Assembly: GCA_910578215.1 (NCBI GenBank)
Contig: CAJTPH010000023.1
Coordinates: forward strand, 2,953 to 66,952
DNA from: an uncultured Acetatifactor sp.
GTDB taxonomy: Bacteria > Bacillota > Clostridia > Lachnospirales > Lachnospiraceae
Reading direction: 5' to 3'
Length of the DNA stretch: 64,000 nucleotides
The notes beneath the pieces were generated by a model, which was not told where the DNA came from, did no database searches, and saw nothing but the letters and a program-made list of their open reading frames with translations. This document shows positions 10,289 to 17,998 of the stretch, piece after piece; position 1 is the first letter of the stretch; the number at the start of each line of letters is the position of its first letter. The translations under genes were made by a program, and so were the position numbers.

Positions 10289-12034
10289 TTATCCGATGTC
10301 AGGCTCGGCGTAAAAGCAGACGGTATCCGCGGCCTTACCCTCCGTCTCAAAAACGATCACCTCGTTTTTCCCCTGCAGCAGGAGCGGCGCGGGAATGTAC
10401 AGCCTTTTCTGGGGTCCGACCTCCCAAAACCTGCCGATGTTGAAGCCGTTGACAAATACGCAGCCCTTTCCCCAGCCTGCCAGCTCAAGAAAGGTGTCTC
10501 CCCTTTCCTCCGCCTCAAGCTCAAAGCGGTAAAATGCAGGCAGCCCCTCCTCATAGCCCCTGGAGAAGTCCAGCTTATCCAGATTGTCAAGAGGAAGGCA
10601 ATACTGCTGCCAGCCATGGTGCATGTGGCCGTTGATCTGTACGCAGCCGTCGATGCCCTTGCGCTGGCCTTCCATGGCAGGACCGAAATTCACCCGTCCC
10701 ATATTTTCCACCAGAATATGCAGCTCGTCTCCGGGCTCCGCGTCCGCGGCCACCTTCCACTCCTTCAGAAGCTCCCTGTCATAGAGGTTCAACAGTCTTT
10801 TCCTTTTCAGGAAAATGCTTGCCCTGTCATTTGCCCTGTGCAGGCGGATTTTTTCCAGCCTGCGCTCATTGGCCAGCGTTGATGCATAAAGTATGTAGCC
10901 GTAATACTGCCCCAGACGCTCCATGGACTGCGTATACGGGCTGTACGCCGGCTCCGCGATATCTCCCAGTGCCTCAAGCAGTCCCACCTTTTCCTTCACC
11001 GCCACGCTCCCGTAGGCTTTTTTCACGATAGGAGTGCTCAGGCTTATCTCCGGCAGCTCTGTATATTTTCCGATGATTTCCCGATAGACCCTGTATTTCT
11101 CGGTAAAATCTCCCGCCTCCGTCAGGATGGCATCATAGTCGTAAGAGGTCACGTCGGGCTTCAGCTCATCGTAATAATTGGAGCCGTTCATAAAGCCAAA
11201 GTTTGTGCCTCCAATGAACATATAAATATTTACATGCCCCGTCTTAAGCATCTCGTCCAGATCCGCCGCACTCTGCTCCAGGTTTCCCCTCATATGGCCG
11301 CCGTTTCCCCAGCTGTCAAACCAGCCCACCCAGAACTCCGCGCACATCAGAGGTCCACCGTTCACATGCTGCTTCAGAATATCAAAACGCTCCTTTGTCT
11401 GGGAGCCGAAATTTCCCGTGGGAAGCGCCCCCTCCACGCTGCCGCCCTCAATGCTCTCATGGCTGGGCCCGTCAGAGGTGATAAAAGGCACATTGATTCC
11501 TCCCCGCCGCAGCATATCACGCATCTGCTCCATATATTTTTTGTCGTTGCCGAAGTATCCGTATTCGTTTTCAACCTGCATAAGAAGCACGTTCCCGCCC
11601 TCGGTGATCTGCAGAGGCTTCAGCAGCGGCAGAAGCACGTTGAAATATTCCTGCACATGCTCCAAAAATGCGGAACCGCTGACACGCAGGCGCACATCAT
11701 CTTCCGCCAGCAGCCATCCGGGCAGTCCTCCGAACTCCCACTCGGCGCAGATATAGGGCGACGGCCTTAAGATCACATACAGCCCCAGCTCCTCCGCCAG
11801 CTTCACGAATTTTACCACATCGCACATACCCTCAAAGACAAATCTGCCCTTGCGGGGTTCGTGCATATTCCAGGGGATATAGGTTTCCACCGTATTCATC
11901 CCCAGACTCTTTAATTTTTCCAGACGGTCGCGCCAGTACTCCGGCACAATGCGGAAGTAATGTATGCTTCCCGAAATAATCTGAAACGGCTCTCCGTTCA
12001 GGTAAAAGGTATCCTTTATCTCAAATCTGCCCAT
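10289..12034 (-). CDS. Beta-galactosidase, glycoside hydrolase family 35
   Basis: SGSIHYFR, RPSPYICAEWEFGGLP, QVENEYG (acid/base), AEFWVGWFD (nucleophile), TSYDYDA. Confidence 0.95.
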   Translation of the reverse strand: MGRFEIKDTFYLNGEPFQIISGSIHYFRIVPEYWRDRLEKLKSLGMNTVETYIPWNMHEPRKGRFVFEGMCDVVKFVKLAEELGLYVILRPSPYICAEWEFGGLPGWLLAEDDVRLRVSGSAFLEHVQEYFNVLLPLLKPLQITEGGNVLLMQVENEYGYFGNDKKYMEQMRDMLRRGGINVPFITSDGPSHESIEGGSVEGALPTGNFGSQTKERFDILKQHVNGGPLMCAEFWVGWFDSWGNGGHMRGNLEQSAADLDEMLKTGHVNIYMFIGGTNFGFMNGSNYYDELKPDVTSYDYDAILTEAGDFTEKYRVYREIIGKYTELPEISLSTPIVKKAYGSVAVKEKVGLLEALGDIAEPAYSPYTQSMERLGQYYGYILYASTLANERRLEKIRLHRANDRASIFLKRKRLLNLYDRELLKEWKVAADAEPGDELHILVENMGRVNFGPAMEGQRKGIDGCVQINGHMHHGWQQYCLPLDNLDKLDFSRGYEEGLPAFYRFELEAEERGDTFLELAGWGKGCVFVNGFNIGRFWEVGPQKRLYIPAPLLLQGKNEVIVFETEGKAADTVCFYAEPDIG

Positions 12035-12042
12035 AATGTCTC

Positions 12043-14706
12043 CTACTCTCCATTTCCTCCTGCGGAAGCCTGTCCGCGGGCACGCCCGAAGGTGTCCAGA
12101 AACTCCCCGTACTCATAGGCGTGCGGCGGCACCCTCCGGCCCTTCAGAATCCTGTCCGCTTCCGCCCCGTGAAGCGCGGCGGCCTTCCCCGCTATCCTGT
12201 CCGTTTCAAACGGGGTAAAATACCCGAACGCCATGCGAAGCTCCGGCAGAAGCTGTAAAAATTCATCCGCCGAAAGCTCTGCCAGAAGCTCATCCACCAT
12301 GGACAGAAAATACTCCTGAACAAAAACAAAATCCCTGGCGGTGTAAAACAGTCCCCTCAAAAATGCAGCGCTCCTCATCCGCATTTCACCGGAGCCCTTT
12401 AAATACCCGTACACCGCATCCCGGATACAGACGCTGTACTGTCCGTCCCAGCCGTAAAGCAGCCCCAGCACCGCCCCGTAGAGACCGGGACGGATCTTGT
12501 CCCGTTCCGCCAGACGCAGCATAGCCTCCATCAGCGGCGGGCGCAGCTTTTCAAAGCTCTTATGCCCCGTCATCTGGTACAGCTCCCTGCAGCATTCCAT
12601 ACATTCCTGCTGCCTCTCCTCCGGCACCTCTGCCATGGACGGCAGAAGCTGTACGATCTTCCCAAAGCATATCTCCAGAAATTCCTCCAGCTGCGCATGG
12701 GCATTCACCTGGTAAAGCTCCTGCAGCTCATAGAGCATCTTAAGATAAGAAAAACCCGCCGTCAGAGAAAAGAAATCTCCGTCGGAGACCAGCGTTTCCC
12801 TGACATACGCTTCCAGCCCATGCTGCTCCTCCAAAAAGCCCATAAGGAAGCCCTGTACCAGCAGCCTTGACGCCTCCCTGCAGGAGGCCGCCTTCTTCGC
12901 CTTTGACAAAAGCCTTGACTTTGCCGCTTCCTCCACCGTGCTGCCCGCCATGGATACGTCCACCAGCGCCGCGAGCACCTTGCCGGAAAAACGATAGCTC
13001 CATATTTCCCGAATCCGGCTTCTGTCCCGTCCATTCAGCAGATCGGAGCCCTTTTTCCTCACTGCAAACTGCGTTTCCAGAAACTCCATCTGATACAGAA
13101 AACGGCTCATAGCCAAATGTTTGTTCTTGGTAAACGGCTCCAGTGTCAGCTCCCTTTCGGCAGAGCTCTGAAGCTGCAGTCCGAAACGCCTGCACTTGTC
13201 CTCAAAATCGGAAAGCAACGGAGGTCTCTCAGTAGTCTCACAGAGCTTCCCCACCTGCTTTCCCGTGTTGAGCTCATCCAATATACGAAGGGGCTGGTCC
13301 GTGGACAGGCTCACCTCCCCTTTCACAAAGGAAGCAAGCGCCGCGTCCCGGAGCTCATAGAGACCCGGGGCACGCTTTCCTCTAAGAACCGCCAGTCCCT
13401 TTGCCATGGACAGCGCGCAGATCGTGTCATAGGAGGACAGTCCCTCCCCCTTCTGCCTTGCTCTGCGCCCGGCGTTCACAAGCTGCTGCAGAACCGCCTC
13501 CTCGTATGCCTGCTCCGGCAGCCGCACCGGTTCCTGCCCCTCGGATTCCGGCTTTTCTGATTTCAGTTTTTTGGATTCCAGTTTTTGGGATTCCAGGCTT
13601 TTGGATTCCAGTTTTTCGGATTCCAGGCTTTTGGATTCCAGTTTTTCGGATTCCAGGCTTTTGGATTCCTGACTTTTGGCTTCCAGGCTTTGGGCTTCCA
13701 AGCCCTGGTATACCAGCTGGTAAAAGCCCGGGGACTGCATACCGCTGGCATAACCGTTTAAGGCGTCCGCCGCCTCCATGGAATAGGCAAGGGGATAGAC
13801 ACCCTGATTTTCATCTTCCCCATACAGTTCTCCAAATATTTGACCGACGCTTTTCCCACGGGCTCCCTTCCGGGCGCCTGAGCCGTGAAGCTTTATCGGC
13901 TCCCCGACAAAGCTTACCCTCTTTCCGTCCTCGCTGACCTTAAGAAGCTGCGTCAGCCCATAGGTGTGAAAGCCTCCCGTCACCACCAAAATCCGCCGGT
14001 ACTCCCCGGAAGCCTTTGCAATCTGCTCCGCCATAAACCGCTCCCTGCACAGGCAGCCGTCCGCCTCCAGCTCCTCCGCAGGCGTATTGACCCGCGAAAG
14101 ATAGCAGTATGTAAACATCTGCCTTACAAAGGCTTCCGTGGATTCATGCAGCCCGCCGATCTCAAAATACTTTTCCCACAGCTCCTCAAAGCTCCGCATG
14201 CCTGTCTTTTCGCAAAGCATGGAAAAATAACGGCTGCGGCTTAAAAGGTAATCGTCGTTATAGGTCTGCTTTTCCGCTTCCCTCCGGATTCCCTGCCCTT
14301 CCCCCGTGTGAATCAGTATCTCCCCGTAGGGCAGATCGATAAAATATACCGGAATTTCCCGTCCGGCCGCCTCCCTTAAAGCCGTGAGCTCCGGCGAGGC
14401 ATCCAGAAAGGGATAATAGCACCTGTAATCCTCCTTCTCCTCGCTCACCAGACCCCGTGTGTCTCTGTAAAAATAATACAGCGCCACCGGCGCCTTCGTG
14501 TCCGGGTGTGCCAGCACAGGGATAAGCTTCTGCGCGTTTATGGGGCCTTCCACCAGAATACAGTCCGGGGCACAGGCTTCCACCGCTTTTTTCAAATGAA
14601 ATGAGCAGACCGGGCTGTGATGCCTGACCGGAAAATACAGCACGGGCTTCCCGCAGTCCAAAAGGTCTATTTCAGGTATTTCCCCGCCTCGAAGTAGCTG
14701 TCCCAT
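12043..14706 (-). CDS. DUF5682 family protein (YehM-like)
   Basis: PVRHHSP, LVEGP, YPFLDASPE, RERFMA, VVTGGFH, GYASGM motifs; start probably ATG 14706 (MGQLLRG), overlapping the AAA gene. Confidence 0.88.
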   Translation of the reverse strand: MGQLLRGGEIPEIDLLDCGKPVLYFPVRHHSPVCSFHLKKAVEACAPDCILVEGPINAQKLIPVLAHPDTKAPVALYYFYRDTRGLVSEEKEDYRCYYPFLDASPELTALREAAGREIPVYFIDLPYGEILIHTGEGQGIRREAEKQTYNDDYLLSRSRYFSMLCEKTGMRSFEELWEKYFEIGGLHESTEAFVRQMFTYCYLSRVNTPAEELEADGCLCRERFMAEQIAKASGEYRRILVVTGGFHTYGLTQLLKVSEDGKRVSFVGEPIKLHGSGARKGARGKSVGQIFGELYGEDENQGVYPLAYSMEAADALNGYASGMQSPGFYQLVYQGLEAQSLEAKSQESKSLESEKLESKSLESEKLESKSLESQKLESKKLKSEKPESEGQEPVRLPEQAYEEAVLQQLVNAGRRARQKGEGLSSYDTICALSMAKGLAVLRGKRAPGLYELRDAALASFVKGEVSLSTDQPLRILDELNTGKQVGKLCETTERPPLLSDFEDKCRRFGLQLQSSAERELTLEPFTKNKHLAMSRFLYQMEFLETQFAVRKKGSDLLNGRDRSRIREIWSYRFSGKVLAALVDVSMAGSTVEEAAKSRLLSKAKKAASCREASRLLVQGFLMGFLEEQHGLEAYVRETLVSDGDFFSLTAGFSYLKMLYELQELYQVNAHAQLEEFLEICFGKIVQLLPSMAEVPEERQQECMECCRELYQMTGHKSFEKLRPPLMEAMLRLAERDKIRPGLYGAVLGLLYGWDGQYSVCIRDAVYGYLKGSGEMRMRSAAFLRGLFYTARDFVFVQEYFLSMVDELLAELSADEFLQLLPELRMAFGYFTPFETDRIAGKAAALHGAEADRILKGRRVPPHAYEYGEFLDTFGRARGQASAGGNGE
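13543..13707. repeat. 15-bp tandem repeat, about 11 degenerate copies, in frame within DUF5682
   Basis: Units ggattccaggctttt / ggattccagtttttc; encodes (L)ESKS/(L)ESEK pentapeptides. Confidence 0.92.
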
Positions 14707-15782
14707 ATACCGCCTTCCCTGCCTCCCTTGTCGCGCACTACAGTCTGAAAATAGCTGCGGAGCTTCTCCAGGTCGTCCCTGTTCTCCTTCAGCACCGCAC
14801 CCATCATGGTCTGCACCAGGCACCCCAAATCCATACGGGAATCCCCGTAATAATATGCGGTCATCATTGTCTGATAATAGACGGAAACCGCTTCCGCCGT
14901 GCTCATCACCGCCGCAGGCTTATCGATCCTGTGGCCCATGGAGGATATGCCCTCACGAAGCTCATGATAGGTCGCCGCAAGAATTTCCGCCACATCCTCG
15001 TCCACGGGCATGGAAATTTGATTCTCCAGGGCAAGCTCCTTCACCTCGTTAATAATGATCTGCTTTTCCAGCGCCACGTCCCTCACGGGAAGCACCGTCT
15101 CAAAATTGAAGCGGCGCTTCAGGGCGCTGCTCATCTCGTTGACGCCCTTATCCCTGGTATTCGCCGTGCCGATCACATTGAAGCCTGCCTTGGCAAACAG
15201 CAGTCCCTCCTCCCCCAGCTCCGGCACATTCAGCACCTTGTCGCTCATCACACTGATAAGGCTGTCCTGAATCTCCGCCGGGGTACGGGTGATCTCCTCA
15301 AACCTGGTCAGAATCCCCTGCTCCATGCCCACATAGAGGGGCGAGGGCACCAAAGCCTCCCTCACCGGTCCCTTTGCCAGCAGCAGCGCATAATTCCAGC
15401 TGTACTTAATCATATCCTCGGTGGTTCCCGCCGTCCCCTGAATGGTGTTGGTGCTTGTGCCGCTGATTGCCGCCGACAAAAGCTCCGACAGCATGGTTTT
15501 TGCCGTTCCCGGCTCCCCTACCAGCATCAGCCCTCTGTTTCCTGCAAGGGTAATAATACAACGCTCCACCAGGGCGTCATTTCCCAGGTACTTCTTTCGC
15601 ACCGGGATTTCCTCCCCATTCACCACAAGGGGCTCCCTGCTTCCCAAAATAAACGTTCTCACCGCCCTGGGCGACAGCTTCCAGTTGATTGGCTTCTTGC
15701 CTGTGTCCGACGCCTGCAGCGCCTCCAGCTCCTTCCGATACCGCACCTCCACTGGAGGCTTGATCTGTACTTCCTGCTCCAT
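14667..15782 (-). CDS. MoxR-family AAA+ ATPase (YehL-like)
   Basis: Walker A GEPGTAKT, YSWNYALL, Walker B RFEEITR, TANTRDKGVNEMSSALKRRF. Confidence 0.93.
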   Translation of the reverse strand: MEQEVQIKPPVEVRYRKELEALQASDTGKKPINWKLSPRAVRTFILGSREPLVVNGEEIPVRKKYLGNDALVERCIITLAGNRGLMLVGEPGTAKTMLSELLSAAISGTSTNTIQGTAGTTEDMIKYSWNYALLLAKGPVREALVPSPLYVGMEQGILTRFEEITRTPAEIQDSLISVMSDKVLNVPELGEEGLLFAKAGFNVIGTANTRDKGVNEMSSALKRRFNFETVLPVRDVALEKQIIINEVKELALENQISMPVDEDVAEILAATYHELREGISSMGHRIDKPAAVMSTAEAVSVYYQTMMTAYYYGDSRMDLGCLVQTMMGAVLKENRDDLEKLRSYFQTVVRDKGGREGGIWDSYFEAGKYLK

Positions 15783-15852
15783 ATTCTCTCCTTAAAATTA
15801 AGATTTGTATTTGTCCTGCTTCGTTTTAATTCCAGCTCTGTTTTTTATTATT

Positions 15853-15881
15853 ATCATAGCATTTTCATGTGTCAAATGCAA
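15853..15881 (-). promoter_or_regulatory. Putative sigma-A promoter of the AAA/vWA operon
   Basis: Minus strand TTGCAT-17 bp-TATGAT with TG extension. Confidence 0.5.
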
Positions 15882-15904
15882 TTCTGTCTTTTGGATTTTC
15901 TGTG

Positions 15905-16060
15905 TCTCTCTCCCATTGCGGCATATATTTACGCACCATCTCTAATCAGCTCCTCATCCGGGTCAAACTATGACGCCTTTATCCTGCCCCGATATATAAC
16001 ATAATTCCGTTATGCCTTTGATCAGTCTGTTACGCCGCTCTGCTTGTCTTTAAAATTCTA
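15905..16060 (-). pseudogene. Decayed small ORF remnant of unknown family
   Basis: Protein-like read ...LIKGITELCYI/YRGRIKAS*FDPDEELIRDGA*IYAAMGE with stops and a frameshift; divergent from the HTH remnant. Confidence 0.3.
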
Positions 16061-16219
16061 TGTAATTTTCCGGACAGCGGCTATTCGCCCTCTTTTTCAG
16101 CCTCTGCAACCTCCCGCACTGCCGCGGTAACTATCCGTTGCTAAGGTTTATTGCAGGAACCCTGTTTTCGTTCGGCTAACCGTATCTAATTATACTGATA
16201 ATATTTAGGGAAAGGGAGA

Positions 16220-16285
16220 ATGAAAATGTTAGAGTTTATTTCTGCCCCGAAAGCAGCGAAGAAATGGGGCATTTCAGAAAGATAA
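16220..16285 (+). pseudogene. Truncated excisionase-like HTH DNA-binding protein of mobile-element type
   Basis: RBS AAGGGAG then MKMLEFISAPKAAKKWGISER*; matches the N-terminus of the common A.KWGISERRVQ.LC...RIPG family but stops after 21 codons. Confidence 0.65.
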
Positions 16286-16296
16286 AAGTATCACGT

Positions 16297-16695
16297 TTAT
16301 TCATCAGAAATCTGTCTGGACAATTCCTTCCTTGCACGTTTTTGGTAATCTTTATCAGATTCAAAAAAACCTTTCCTTAAACCAGTCTTCTGCATTAAAA
16401 TCTCATTTTCCGCTTTATTTTTATATCCTTCGTTAGACTCGAATAATCCTTTTTTAATGCCTGATTCTTTTTCCAGAAGTTCTATTCCCGCTCTTCTCTC
16501 ATAATTTTCACTTGATTCAAAAAAGGATTTTTTAACTCCTGTTGATTTTTCTAATATTTCTCTTTTTGCTCGGGTTTCATATTCATGCTCCGATTCAAAA
16601 ATACCCTTTCTCAAGCCGGATTTTACTTCTAAAAATTCCTTCTTCGCACGTTCCTGATACGCTTCTTCCGATTCAAAAAAATGTTTTCTTGCCAT
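16297..16695 (-). CDS. Hypothetical protein made of five 26-aa repeats
   Basis: Units G(L/V/I)(R/K)K.(F/I/L)FES...Y..(R/K)A..E.L; strong RBS GGAGG upstream. Confidence 0.8.
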   Translation of the reverse strand: MARKHFFESEEAYQERAKKEFLEVKSGLRKGIFESEHEYETRAKREILEKSTGVKKSFFESSENYERRAGIELLEKESGIKKGLFESNEGYKNKAENEILMQKTGLRKGFFESDKDYQKRARKELSRQISDE

Positions 16696-16786
16696 AGATA
16701 ATATCCTCCAATCACACCATCAAATAATCCTTTTAGCTTCGTACACACCTTTTCTTTCATAATTGTATCATTTTTCTATTATAATA

Positions 16787-16809
16787 GCCACCGGAAAATT
16801 TCCGGTGGC
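16787..16809 (-). terminator. Stem-loop closing the RiPP-like operon
   Basis: gccaccggaaa-a-tttccggtggc, 8 nt past the stop at 16818. Confidence 0.65.
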
Positions 16810-16817
16810 ATAAATCC

Positions 16818-17831
16818 CTATTCACAGCTGCTCAGTCTTACAATATTATCGGCAATGGCTTCCTCTGTCTGCCCGAATTCCTTTATCAGTACCGCTAATC
16901 TATGCAGGATGCTTACATCTTTTTTAGCATTATATTTCATAGCCAAACCAACCATCAATTCGGATGCCTCAATCTGCCTGTCAATGTTTTGACTCAAATT
17001 TTGGATGCCTGTTTCAAACAATCCGCTGTGGACCATGGCCGCTGTCCGAATTTTGTTTACCTGCGCAATATCGCACAAAAACGTAACGTTTCTCAGGTCT
17101 ATATCATGATCGTCATTATTTTCTACAACACGAATCAGCCTTTCGTATGCTTTGATTCCAAAGAAAGTATATGCATTATCCCTATGTTCTCCATCACAGG
17201 TTCCATTTAAGTAATCCGTCATGCCCTTTTTAATTTTCTCTTTACTCAGTTGATATTCCATGTCAGCATTCAGCTCATAAAAGTTTATCACCCTGTTGCC
17301 CAAATGAGCCGGATTACCTGATAATGCCGTTTCAAACGCCTTTTGTACCCTATCAAACGGAATCCTTTGGCGGCTGTTGACTCCATGGAAGAAATTATCG
17401 TTCATATAAACAACATTCTCGTTTTCATCATAACCGTAAATATAACTTACATGATTTATATCTTCCGATCCATCTCCCAACAAAGCCTGTTTATTAAAAA
17501 GTCCGCTGATATAAAAGCCTGCATCTATGGATTTAATAATAATGTCACGAAAATTCTCATTTATAGAATATAAAAGTTTTCTGTCTATGGCATACTTATG
17601 AATAAACGGGATGAAATCAAAACCATTTTGAAATAGGTGTTGTTTCTTTAAAGGGAAATATCTGACTATATCATGGGTAAGAATAATCTGTATGTTTGAA
17701 TCGGCAATCCAGTTATTTCCACACCTTGTATCGGACAATAATGAAAACAGGAAACAATCCTCCGGCCAGGTTTTAATAACCGTTATGCCATATGGCAAAA
17801 TTTTATAGCTTTCTTTGTTTATAATATTCAT
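16818..17831 (-). CDS. BtrH-like / papain-fold (C39-like) protein, putative acyltransferase or peptidase
   Basis: Motif IIKSIDAGFYI...NHVSYIYGYDENENVVYMND and C-terminal helical domain (FGIKAYERL); nucleophile not confidently identified. Confidence 0.6.
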   Translation of the reverse strand: MNIINKESYKILPYGITVIKTWPEDCFLFSLLSDTRCGNNWIADSNIQIILTHDIVRYFPLKKQHLFQNGFDFIPFIHKYAIDRKLLYSINENFRDIIIKSIDAGFYISGLFNKQALLGDGSEDINHVSYIYGYDENENVVYMNDNFFHGVNSRQRIPFDRVQKAFETALSGNPAHLGNRVINFYELNADMEYQLSKEKIKKGMTDYLNGTCDGEHRDNAYTFFGIKAYERLIRVVENNDDHDIDLRNVTFLCDIAQVNKIRTAAMVHSGLFETGIQNLSQNIDRQIEASELMVGLAMKYNAKKDVSILHRLAVLIKEFGQTEEAIADNIVRLSSCE

Positions 17832-17998
17832 TAATATGAGACTCCCGTTTCCAATATCATAATTAATCCTCAGATACTCTATCCCTTTTGCAACAGCACA
17901 TGAATCCTCAGTGTCATATAGCCTGGCAAAAATGATGTCCTTCGCCTGATGGTCTTCATTTGTCCTTATATAAAGGTGTTGTTTTGTTTGTCAGGTAT

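Noticed and set aside
13543..13707. Possible CRISPR array
   Set aside because: Contiguous 15-bp units with no unique spacers, in frame inside a CDS, no cas genes
14707..14823. N-terminal extension of DUF5682 given by the track
   Set aside because: Lies deep inside the AAA gene; family-like sequence begins after Met at 14706
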